In this document: positions 49,758 to 57,803 of the stretch, in pieces
How the letters are laid out: each line of letters starts with the position of its first letter
How positions within the stretch are numbered: position 1 is the stretch's first letter
Virus record (IMG/VR): IMGVR_UViG_3300002835_000124
Length of the DNA stretch: 64,000 nt
From: an uncultured virus (IMG/VR IMGVR_UViG_3300002835_000124)
Taxonomy: Duplodnaviria; Heunggongvirae; Uroviricota; Caudoviricetes
Direction: 5' to 3' (one strand)
Made by a program: the position numbers and the translations under genes
Notes under the pieces: model-generated
Databases searched by the model: none
What the model was told of the DNA's origin: nothing
Seen by the model: only the letters and a program-made list of their open reading frames with translations

Positions 49758-50106
49758 TCCAGATGGAAAAAATATGAGTTTAGAAGAAAATGAAATGATT
49801 GAAAGGTTGATTCTTGAAGGTGGGTTAGAAGTTGCGGGTATTGATTCTGAAGACGGATCATTACTATACTCATTTACACCTAAAATTAAAGAATTAATGC
49901 CAGAACTTTATAATGACCATCTTAATAGAGTTAATGCTGAAATACTTTCTTTATGGGAAAGATCCTATGTGGACATAGATTTTTTGGCAAAAGATCCAGT
50001 GATTACCCTTACAGATAAATCTTTTGATCCCGTAGAAATGTCAAAACTACGCAAGCAAGACGTTTGGGCTATAGAAGAACTTAAACGCCTAACCCGTAAG
50101 AAATAA
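49729..50106 (+). CDS. Hypothetical protein
   Basis: ORF within the operon; start uncertain. Confidence 0.55.
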   Translation: MKKLFKRIFNPDGKNMSLEENEMIERLILEGGLEVAGIDSEDGSLLYSFTPKIKELMPELYNDHLNRVNAEILSLWERSYVDIDFLAKDPVITLTDKSFDPVEMSKLRKQDVWAIEELKRLTRKK

Positions 50107-50124
50107 CTCTGATATAATAAAAGC

Positions 50125-50892
50125 ATGAGTAATATTGTAGAAGGCGATTTTGTAATGTTTGTCCATGAAGATAACGAAATTATGGCTGGTCGTGTTGAAT
50201 ATGTTATGACCAATCCTGGCTTACTTGGTCTTCCTGGTTCTGAATATTCAATGGAATATGCTGAAGATGACAAACCAGTTATTGTTCGTGCTTATAAGGC
50301 AGCCGATGGCGCATGGGAAGAACAACCATATGTTTTCTATCATCGCATGTCAGAAGTTGTAAAGATTGAATCATTATCTGTATCTGTTGATATGGTAATG
50401 GAAGTAGGATCAACTGGCAGTGGAATTCCAGCAGTGTTATCGCAATCTGATATGGAAAACATGTATGCTGTTCAAATAGGAAAATCTTATAACTCAGATA
50501 ATGAAGATGAAGATAAGTGGGACAACATGGAAAAAAAGTGTTGGGTCGGATATGAGCAACGTGGTATGAAAGAAAAAGGTGGACGCATGGTTCCTAATTG
50601 TGTTCCTGTTTCTAAAGTAAACGAGATGAGTGATTCTATGGAAAAGAAAAAACCAAAATACGAAGATTTTATTAAACCAAGAAGTGGCGGGAGTGAGCCG
50701 TCCAATCCAAAACTTTATGCAGCAGTTGTACAGGCAGCAAAAGACAAGTTTGATGTTTATCCATCTGCAGTGGCAAATTCTTGGGTAGTGCAAGAATATA
50801 AGCGTCGTGGTGGCACATATAAATCAAAATCACAATCTACAACCAAAAATATTTGGGGTGGAGTATTTGATCCTTTGACATTGGAAAAATAA
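50125..50892 (+). CDS. Modular hypothetical protein, possibly head-internal
   Basis: Modules CWVGYEQRGMK...VPNCVP and PSNPKLY...YPSAVANSWVVQEYKRRGG; TGaTATAAT 6 nt before the ATG. Confidence 0.7.
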   Translation: MSNIVEGDFVMFVHEDNEIMAGRVEYVMTNPGLLGLPGSEYSMEYAEDDKPVIVRAYKAADGAWEEQPYVFYHRMSEVVKIESLSVSVDMVMEVGSTGSGIPAVLSQSDMENMYAVQIGKSYNSDNEDEDKWDNMEKKCWVGYEQRGMKEKGGRMVPNCVPVSKVNEMSDSMEKKKPKYEDFIKPRSGGSEPSNPKLYAAVVQAAKDKFDVYPSAVANSWVVQEYKRRGGTYKSKSQSTTKNIWGGVFDPLTLEK

Positions 50893-51032
50893 TGCCAAAG
50901 AAAAAATCAACAGCATTTAACCCTACACAAATAAAAAATGGCAGGGTTGTTCGTTTAAGAAAAGACGGGACTGTTAAAGCAGACCTTGGTCCATATCCAA
51001 AAACAAAAATGGGGGTAACTAATGGCAAATAA
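50892..51032 (+). CDS. Small basic protein (46 aa)
   Basis: MPKKKSTAFNPTQIKNGRVVRLRKDGTVKADLG...; TAATG coupling. Confidence 0.55.
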   Translation: MPKKKSTAFNPTQIKNGRVVRLRKDGTVKADLGPYPKTKMGVTNGK

Positions 51033-51126
51033 AGAACAAAAGGGTAACGCTAATAAAAAGAAAGAGCCAAAAATGACTCTTAAAGAAAAGCGTGTTGCTA
51101 AACAAGAAAAGAAAAAATTAAAATGA
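51022..51126 (+). CDS. Very small Lys-rich protein (34 aa)
   Basis: MANKEQKGNANKKKEPKMTLKEKRVAKQEKKKLK; SD GGGGGT. Confidence 0.55.
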   Translation: MANKEQKGNANKKKEPKMTLKEKRVAKQEKKKLK

Positions 51127-51230
51127 ATACATTTTATTTTTTGCATTCATTAGCAATAGGTTTATTAATGATTGGTTCATTCTTTTGGGGTAGATCTTAT
51201 GAAAAAAACAAGGTAAGCGAAAATGGCTGA
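51123..51230 (+). CDS. Small single-TM protein (35 aa)
   Basis: MNTFYFLHSLAIGLLMIGSFFWGRSY...; ATGA coupling. Confidence 0.5.
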   Translation: MNTFYFLHSLAIGLLMIGSFFWGRSYEKNKVSENG

Positions 51231-51591
51231 TACATACACACCTACATCTGGTATGAAGGCTGCTGCTCGTCGTGCTTTAAAGTGGAAAGCAGACGGTAAG
51301 GCAACAGGTGCTGGAACTCCAGTAGGTTGGGGTAGAGCAACAGATATAGTTGCTGGTAGAGCAATGTCTCTTAGTACTGTTAAAAGAATGTATTCTTTTT
51401 TTTCTCGTCATGAAGTAGACAAAAAAGGCAAAGGGTTTTACGATGGTCCAGAGTTTCCATCTAACGGAAGAATTATGTGGGATGCTTGGGGCGGAGATGC
51501 AGGGTTTTCGTGGAGCCGTGCAATTACACAAAGAGAAAAGAAAAAAGTAGAAAAAATTTGGCAGGGAACTGCATTTGATTTAAGAAAGTAG
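51223..51591 (+). CDS. Conserved phage hypothetical protein
   Basis: GAGTPVGWGRA...TVKRMYSFFSRH...IMWDAWGGDAG. Confidence 0.75.
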   Translation: MADTYTPTSGMKAAARRALKWKADGKATGAGTPVGWGRATDIVAGRAMSLSTVKRMYSFFSRHEVDKKGKGFYDGPEFPSNGRIMWDAWGGDAGFSWSRAITQREKKKVEKIWQGTAFDLRK

Positions 51592-51599
51592 GGGGGTAT

Positions 51600-51761
51600 A
51601 TGGATAATTTAGAAAAAAATGAATTAATTCAATTAATATCATTTTATAAACAAAAACTATCTGACGTAGAGTTAGAGTCATTAAAACTACAACTTGAGAT
51701 TAATAAACTTAACTCTATGGTTTTAGGGCTAAGTAAAGAATCAGTTAAAAAAACTAAATAA
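51600..51761 (+). CDS. Small coiled-coil protein (53 aa)
   Basis: MDNLEKNELIQLISFYKQKLSDVELESLKLQLEINKL; G-rich SD. Confidence 0.6.
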   Translation: MDNLEKNELIQLISFYKQKLSDVELESLKLQLEINKLNSMVLGLSKESVKKTK

Positions 51762-51762
51762 A

Positions 51763-52191
51763 ATGAAATATTTATTAGTTGTAGGCTTGACATTGCTGGC
51801 TTACGGGTCTATAATTAAGATATTAAATAAAAAAAGAATATCATTTTTAAAAAAAATTAAATATCGGCAAAGCAATATTTATGAAATGATTAAAGATGTT
51901 ATTCCAAAACAAAGGTTTGAGAAGCCTAAGTTTATTACTCAATCTCAAAAACATGTTCAAAAAAATATGTTAAAAGTAGTAATAGAAAAAGATAAAGCAT
52001 ATTGGATATTAGATAATGTTTTTTATACTGCTAATACTATTAACGGCAGGATAGATGAAGATACAGCAAAACCATTAGATATTGAAAATATGTCAACAAA
52101 AGAATTAGATAACATGTTATCAATACTTGATGACTTAAAACAAGGAGTGGGACCAGATGATAGTGGCAGTGCAGGGAACAAAAGAGTTTAA
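51763..52191 (+). CDS. Hypothetical protein with N-terminal anchor
   Basis: Hydrophobic N-terminus; AYWILDNVFYTA. Confidence 0.6.
   Translation: MKYLLVVGLTLLAYGSIIKILNKKRISFLKKIKYRQSNIYEMIKDVIPKQRFEKPKFITQSQKHVQKNMLKVVIEKDKAYWILDNVFYTANTINGRIDEDTAKPLDIENMSTKELDNMLSILDDLKQGVGPDDSGSAGNKRV
51787..51815 (+). promoter_or_regulatory. Perfect consensus promoter inside a CDS
   Basis: TTGACA-N17-TATAAT. Confidence 0.75.
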
Positions 52192-52507
52192 CCAGTACAA
52201 CATCTTTTTACGTGCCATGAGTGTTGCCTTGTCGGGAATGAAAGATGAGGATAATGAATTTATTATTTACTCCGCTGGCCCATCAAAAATAAATAATTTT
52301 GTTTCAGAGTTCTCTAATTTATCAGAACGTGGAATGAAGGCAAGAGGCAAAAAGATTAAATTTTATAACGTAGCACCTGCATGGTTGAGCGAAAATATAA
52401 ATCAAATTAATTATTTTGCTTTTTTAAGTAATCCAAAAGAAACCAAATCAAAATTGGTTTTAACTGCAGAAGCAAACAACATTGACGTTGGTCTTTTTAA
52501 ATATTAG
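52157..52507 (+). CDS. Hypothetical protein (possibly degenerate YspA/SLOG-like)
   Basis: MIVAVQGTKEFNQY N-terminus resembles SLOG folds. Confidence 0.5.
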   Translation: MIVAVQGTKEFNQYNIFLRAMSVALSGMKDEDNEFIIYSAGPSKINNFVSEFSNLSERGMKARGKKIKFYNVAPAWLSENINQINYFAFLSNPKETKSKLVLTAEANNIDVGLFKY

Positions 52508-52515
52508 GAGAAAAA

Positions 52516-52725
52516 ATGATTATTAGAAGTTTAAATACAATGGAAAAAATTGTAAGTAAGAATGAAAACCTTATTTGGCATGCGTGGGATGTAATTGATT
52601 TAAAAGAATCTGATACAGCAAAAACTTCTCCTGCGGGCATTAGAGTAAAAAACAAGTGGTATCTGCATAGAATTTATAAGCCTGGTCGTAATGGTTGGGA
52701 TATACCAAATAAGTATAAGGATTAA
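52516..52725 (+). CDS. Hypothetical protein
   Basis: SD AGGAG; Trp-rich, 69 aa. Confidence 0.65.
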   Translation: MIIRSLNTMEKIVSKNENLIWHAWDVIDLKESDTAKTSPAGIRVKNKWYLHRIYKPGRNGWDIPNKYKD

Positions 52726-52727
52726 CC

Positions 52728-53012
52728 TTGAAACAGCATTTATGGAAAGATGAGGCTATCTGTTTAGGCCTTGATACAAATATATATTTTGATAAATATG
52801 AAGATCAAGAAGATTCTAGACATAGCGTTGACGCACTTTGTAAGCAGTGTCCAGTTAGAAAAGTCTGCTTTGCTAATGGTGTTTCAGGAAAAGAATGGGG
52901 AGTTTGGGGCGGTGTTTATCTAGAAGGTGGAGAAGTTTCAAGAGAATTTAATAAACATAAAACTAAACAAGACTGGTCAACTACTTGGCAAGCCCTAACA
53001 ATGGAGCAATAA
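52728..53012 (+). CDS. whiB: WhiB-family transcription factor
   Basis: WKDEAIC...LCKQCPVRKVC...EWGVWGG. Confidence 0.9.
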   Translation: MKQHLWKDEAICLGLDTNIYFDKYEDQEDSRHSVDALCKQCPVRKVCFANGVSGKEWGVWGGVYLEGGEVSREFNKHKTKQDWSTTWQALTMEQ

Positions 53013-53722
53013 TGAATAAAAAGTTTTTAATAACTCCAGTAGAAGAAGGAGCAGAATTTTTCTTTAATATAAACCCTTCCTCTGAATTTATTCCCGAATG
53101 GTATAGGAAATCTGCTACCCAAATGCCTGGTACAAACTCTGAACTTTTAGTTAGCAATCCAAGCACAACAACTTCTACATATAAAAAATGTACTCCATTT
53201 TTTGATGCCATAACTGCGGGGTATATGATGCATTTAACAGCAGACATAGAAGTAATAAAAAGAGAAAATAACCTACCATATATTATGTGGAGAACTGAAA
53301 GAAAAATTATTACAGAACATTCTTTAGATCAGTGGGAAGGCTTGCCATGTCCAGAAGGATACTCTCCATTTGTGTATAAATGGCATAACCAATTTAATAT
53401 TAAATTACCAAAAGATTACTCTTTGATGTTTTTAAGTCCAATCAATAGGTTTGATCTTCCATTTTTAACAATTACTGGAATAGTTGATTGTGATACGTGG
53501 ACTGGAAGTGTTCACTTTCCATTTTTTATTAAAAATAATTTTACTGGTATTATTGAAAAAGGAACGCCAATTACACAAATAATACCAATTAAACGTGAAT
53601 TTTGGAAAAAAGAACAAGGTAAGTATGATGCTAAAAATGTATTCTTAAATCAACAAAAAGTTTTTTCTACAATAAAAAGATCATATAAAAATAATTACTG
53701 GCATAGAAAAGAATATAAATAA
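53012..53722 (+). CDS. Hypothetical protein, paralog of 56625..57341
   Basis: PEWY, KKCTPFFDA..GY, NRFDLPF, GIVDCD, GTPITQIIPIKR. Start placed at ATG 53012 (TAATG coupling). Confidence 0.75.
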   Translation: MNKKFLITPVEEGAEFFFNINPSSEFIPEWYRKSATQMPGTNSELLVSNPSTTTSTYKKCTPFFDAITAGYMMHLTADIEVIKRENNLPYIMWRTERKIITEHSLDQWEGLPCPEGYSPFVYKWHNQFNIKLPKDYSLMFLSPINRFDLPFLTITGIVDCDTWTGSVHFPFFIKNNFTGIIEKGTPITQIIPIKREFWKKEQGKYDAKNVFLNQQKVFSTIKRSYKNNYWHRKEYK

Positions 53723-53952
53723 TGTATACAGACGCCATGCGTATGGCTGTGCACTCAATTCTACCACCTAAAGGATTTGGGGTAGAAATTATTGACAATG
53801 AGCATTTTCTTACGGTAAAATTAGATGAAAAAAAATTTTTGCACATGGGGCATGATGATAAAATATCAGCACTTCAATATGTCGTAAAATTAAAAAAGGT
53901 TTTAGAAGAATGTGGTGCAATAGTTTTAGTAACTAGAGAGGCAATAAAATGA
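53722..53952 (+). CDS. Hypothetical protein
   Basis: Coupled 76-aa ORF. Confidence 0.65.
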   Translation: MYTDAMRMAVHSILPPKGFGVEIIDNEHFLTVKLDEKKFLHMGHDDKISALQYVVKLKKVLEECGAIVLVTREAIK

Positions 53953-54080
53953 TAAAACAAATTATATTATTTTTTATTTGTAAAATAAAATTACACAACC
54001 TTGTTGACGCTGGCTCTTGTCCGTTTACTGGTAAAAATTATGCAGCATGCCTAAGATGTGGAGTAACAATAGTAAAATGA
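53949..54080 (+). CDS. Small Cys/His protein (43 aa)
   Basis: CKIKLH...AGSCPFTGKNY..CLRC; ATGA coupling. Confidence 0.55.
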   Translation: MIKQIILFFICKIKLHNLVDAGSCPFTGKNYAACLRCGVTIVK

Positions 54081-54205
54081 AAAAGAAAATAATTATATTA
54101 ATATCATTAGCAATATCTGTTCTTGTTGCAATTAGTTTGTTCTTTGCTGCAAAACTTAGTCAATTATCAGATTTAGAATTATTTGACATTGAAGAAGATA
54201 ATTAA
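54077..54205 (+). CDS. Small single-TM protein (42 aa)
   Basis: MKKKIIILISLAISVLVAISLFFA plus an acidic tail. Confidence 0.5.
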   Translation: MKKKIIILISLAISVLVAISLFFAAKLSQLSDLELFDIEEDN

Positions 54206-54699
54206 TGCAAACTTTTTTACCTTACAAAGATTATAACCAGTGTGCAGAAATACTAGATAATAAAAGATTAAATAAACAAATATTAGAGTCATACCAAATA
54301 CTTAAGGTTTTATCTGGCCAATCTCTTTCGGGTGCATGGCGCAATCATCCAGCGGTATTGATGTGGAAGAATGCTGAAAAATCATTGCGTACATACGCTA
54401 ATGCCATGATTAAAGAGGCTAGACTTAGAGGTATTAGGACAGATGGCAATGAGGCCAACCTAGACGCTTTAGAAGCCGTTTCTGGGCATCTGTGGGGTAC
54501 TCAACAGCCAGTCTGGAGTCTGGGATCTCATGTAAATCGTGTTAATATTACCCATAGGGCTAATCTTTACCGTAAAGATCATATCTATTATGCAGAGTTT
54601 TATAAAGACACCCAGAGTAAAGACAATAAACCTTGTTGCGATAGGTGTTTGTATTATTGGGCAACCCATGCTATTAAGAAATCATTAGATGAGGTATAA
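54205..54699 (+). CDS. Pyrimidine-dimer DNA glycosylase (DenV / MSMEG_6728-like)
   Basis: MQTFLPY, LDNKRLNKQILE, WRNHPAVLMW, HRANLYRKD. Confidence 0.85.
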   Translation: MQTFLPYKDYNQCAEILDNKRLNKQILESYQILKVLSGQSLSGAWRNHPAVLMWKNAEKSLRTYANAMIKEARLRGIRTDGNEANLDALEAVSGHLWGTQQPVWSLGSHVNRVNITHRANLYRKDHIYYAEFYKDTQSKDNKPCCDRCLYYWATHAIKKSLDEV

Positions 54700-54706
54700 T
54701 TAAAAA

Positions 54707-56266
54707 ATGAAAAAGATTTTAATAGTTGGTGGTGGAACTGCTGGTTGGATTACCGCACTTATGGTAAAAAGAAAAATGCCAAATTTTGATGTCTCTTTAG
54801 TAGAATCAGAAGAAATAGGTATTCTTGGTGCTGGGGAAGGAACAACTCCAAATTTTGTTGAAATTATGGATTGGTTGGGAATTCCATTAACAGATCTTAT
54901 GGAAAACACTGGTTGCACAATTAAAAATGGGATTAAGTTTACTAATTGGACACCCAAAAAAGATTACTACTATCATAATTTTGGATCACAAATACCATCA
55001 ATATCTCCTAATTTAAAAAATAGTTTTAGTCAAACTTTTAATCAAAGCAGTTTGTATTATTTAATGACAGCACATCATAAAATAAACAAAAAAGAATCAG
55101 ATTATTCATCAATTATAAGTGAAAAAAGAAAAGTTCCATTTACATATATTGAAAATAAAAGAACAAATAATGAAATTTTTAATTATGACCAATTAGCAAG
55201 TTTTGCAGTTCATTTTGATGCAAGAAAACTTGCAAATTTTTTAAAACAAAAAGGAGTTGAGCGTGGAATTCAAAGAATAGAAGGAAAGGTTTCTGATATA
55301 GAGACAGATAAAAATAACAATATATCTGCTATTATTTTAGAAAATTCATTTAAAATAACAACTGATTTTGTTTTTGATTGTTCTGGTTTTAATAAAATAA
55401 TAATTGGAAAACATTATAATACAGAATGGAAAGACCTATCAGATAAATTAACCACAAACGCAGCAATTCCATTTTTTTTGCCAAAAGAAAAAGAAAACAA
55501 TTTACCACCATACACAGAATCAATTGCAATGAAATATGGGTGGATATGGAAAATCCCATTACAAGAGAGATATGGTTGCGGTTATGTTTATAACTCAAGA
55601 TTAGTTTCATACGAAGATGCTAAAAAAGAACTTGATGGTTATTTAGGATTTTCTGTTGAATCACCAAAATCTTTTTCTTTTGTTCCTGGATATTATAAAA
55701 GTCCATGGACAAAAAATTGTCTTGCAGTAGGTTTATCTTCTGGATTTTTAGAACCATTAGAAGCAACTTCAATTTGGACATCTATATATTTTTTACAGAT
55801 ATTGTTATCTGATGTTTCTCAATTGTTTAATAATTCTGAAAATGCAAGAAAATATTATAATTCAAGATTTTGTGAGTGGTGGGAACAAACTGCAGATTTT
55901 ATTTTTTTACATTATATGGGTAAAAAAAATGATACAGATTTTTGGAAACATTATACTGAAAATGTTCCTAATTCAATAAAAGAAATATTTACTAGGTGGG
56001 AATCATCTATTCCAACATTTAATGAGTTTTCGTCTATAACAGATGATCGTGGATTTGCTTTACAAAGTTGGTTTGATGTTTCTTATGGACTAGATTTAAT
56101 AAATTTTAATAGAGTTAATGATGCTTTTGAGCAAAATGAGTGGTTTGAATATAATGAATGGTTTAATAATATAAAAAATAATCAAAAAACTTTATCCGAA
56201 ACCTCAATGAATCACGGAGAAATGATAAAGGTTTTAAATGGATACAGAGAGGCTGGTGTACAATAG
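54707..56266 (+). CDS. Flavin-dependent tryptophan halogenase-family protein (copy 2)
   Basis: IVGGGTAGW, GAGEGTT, TIKNGI, HFDA, FDCSG, WIWKIP, LEPLEATSI. Confidence 0.92.
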   Translation: MKKILIVGGGTAGWITALMVKRKMPNFDVSLVESEEIGILGAGEGTTPNFVEIMDWLGIPLTDLMENTGCTIKNGIKFTNWTPKKDYYYHNFGSQIPSISPNLKNSFSQTFNQSSLYYLMTAHHKINKKESDYSSIISEKRKVPFTYIENKRTNNEIFNYDQLASFAVHFDARKLANFLKQKGVERGIQRIEGKVSDIETDKNNNISAIILENSFKITTDFVFDCSGFNKIIIGKHYNTEWKDLSDKLTTNAAIPFFLPKEKENNLPPYTESIAMKYGWIWKIPLQERYGCGYVYNSRLVSYEDAKKELDGYLGFSVESPKSFSFVPGYYKSPWTKNCLAVGLSSGFLEPLEATSIWTSIYFLQILLSDVSQLFNNSENARKYYNSRFCEWWEQTADFIFLHYMGKKNDTDFWKHYTENVPNSIKEIFTRWESSIPTFNEFSSITDDRGFALQSWFDVSYGLDLINFNRVNDAFEQNEWFEYNEWFNNIKNNQKTLSETSMNHGEMIKVLNGYREAGVQ

Positions 56267-56271
56267 ATATT

Positions 56272-56628
56272 ATGGAAATAATGTTTCTGGTATTTTTTGC
56301 CACCCTATCCTTTTCCTTTGGGCTATCCTATTGGGCAACGTTTAGTAAACTAAAAAAGTCTAACTTATTATTGGCTGAACTTTTTATAAAAAACAGGGCA
56401 CTTGAAGAATTAAACTCTCAGGCCAACAGTGGTATTAATATGTCTGACGATACACTACATAAAGAAAATTTTATAAAATTCCTATCTGACTCCAGAGACT
56501 GGGCATTTGAATATATTGAAAAGTCACAACAAACTATTAAAGAAGTATCGGAAGAACTTAATAGTAAAGGACTAAAGATATATTCAGAAAAACTTTTAGC
56601 CCTGTTACCAGAAAATAATACAAAATGA
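56272..56628 (+). CDS. Membrane-anchored hypothetical protein
   Basis: N-terminal TM; ENFIKFLSDSRDWAFEYIE. Confidence 0.7.
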   Translation: MEIMFLVFFATLSFSFGLSYWATFSKLKKSNLLLAELFIKNRALEELNSQANSGINMSDDTLHKENFIKFLSDSRDWAFEYIEKSQQTIKEVSEELNSKGLKIYSEKLLALLPENNTK

Positions 56629-57341
56629 AAATAAAAAACAATGAAGTGGTTTTTATACCAAGCGACAAAGATACAGAAATTTGTATTCCAAGGCCACAAC
56701 CAAGTAAAAAATATGTACCAGACTGGTTTAAATCTATGCCGATTGAAGTAAAAAAGATTGATGGTTCAGGTATTGACTATACTGCAAAAAAGTGTATGCC
56801 ATTTATAGACTCATTAACTTCTGGATATACTCAAGAACTCGCATGCGATGTTTATGTTGAATGCAACACAGAAGAAGATGATCCAGCAATTAGTTATAGA
56901 TGGTTTGGAGATTTTAGACCATTATCTACAAGAAGAGAAGATCACAAGTCTTCAAACTCAATGCCACATTTTCCTGGATATTATAAAACAGAGTTTCATT
57001 GGAATACTTTTTGGGAACCAAAAACTCCTCCTGGCTATAGCACTTTTTATTTTCATCCAGCAAATAGATTTGATTTACCTTTTATAACACATAATGGAAT
57101 TATTGATACTGACGGTTGGCCAATGACTGGCCCAATACCCTTTGTACTTAAAAAAGGATTTTCTGGCTTAATACCAGCAGGAACTCCTATATATCAAATG
57201 TTATTTATTAAAAGAGATATTTGGAATTCTGAGCAGGGTAAATATGATGAATTATATAATAAAAAAACATGGTATTCTGTTCGTAGATTTCTAACTGATG
57301 GATATAAAAAACAAATTTGGTCAAGAAAAGAATACAATTAA
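56625..57341 (+). CDS. Hypothetical protein, paralog of 53012..53722
   Basis: PDWF, KKCMPFIDS..GY, NRFDLPF, GIIDTD, GTPIYQMLFIKR. Confidence 0.75.
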   Translation: MKIKNNEVVFIPSDKDTEICIPRPQPSKKYVPDWFKSMPIEVKKIDGSGIDYTAKKCMPFIDSLTSGYTQELACDVYVECNTEEDDPAISYRWFGDFRPLSTRREDHKSSNSMPHFPGYYKTEFHWNTFWEPKTPPGYSTFYFHPANRFDLPFITHNGIIDTDGWPMTGPIPFVLKKGFSGLIPAGTPIYQMLFIKRDIWNSEQGKYDELYNKKTWYSVRRFLTDGYKKQIWSRKEYN

Positions 57342-57499
57342 TGAAAGAAATTTTATTATCAACACTAACAGGTTTTGGATGCGGTGTCGTGTTCGCAGCA
57401 TTCAAATTGCCAGTACCAGCACCACCAGTTTTTGCGGGAGTCGCAGGAATAATTGGTTTATGGATTGGCTTTACAACACTAACACAAATTATATCCTAG
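57341..57499 (+). CDS. XapX / DUF1427-like small membrane protein
   Basis: GVVFAAFKLPVPAPPVFAGVAGIIGLWIG. Confidence 0.75.
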   Translation: MKEILLSTLTGFGCGVVFAAFKLPVPAPPVFAGVAGIIGLWIGFTTLTQIIS

Positions 57500-57507
57500 G
57501 AGGAATA

Positions 57508-57792
57508 ATGAATAACTTACTAAACGATAAAACAAAGGCAATGCTAGCATCATATGGACGATCCGTTCTTGGTGCGGGAATTGCATTATATATGGCTGGC
57601 GTAACAGATCCAAAAGATCTATGGGCTGCACTAGTTGCTGCTCTAGCGCCCGTTGCATTGAGAGCGCTTAATCCCAATGATAAGGCGTTTGGCGTACTGC
57701 CAGACACTGGCGCTGTTTCAGATGCACTTAGCAAGATTGTACCTGCTAAGAAGGCTCCAGCAAAAAAGAAGGCTGCTGCTAAAAAGAAGTAG
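57508..57792 (+). CDS. Putative holin-like membrane protein
   Basis: SD AGGAGG; ASYGRSVL...PVALRALNPND; Lys/Ala-rich tail. Start placed at 57508. Confidence 0.6.
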   Translation: MNNLLNDKTKAMLASYGRSVLGAGIALYMAGVTDPKDLWAALVAALAPVALRALNPNDKAFGVLPDTGAVSDALSKIVPAKKAPAKKKAAAKKK

Positions 57793-57803
57793 TTTGTTTT
57801 GAT

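Noticed and set aside
57298..57507. N-terminal extension of the 164-aa ORF in the track
   Set aside because: It overlaps two better genes. A strong SD (AGGAGG) supports the start at 57508.
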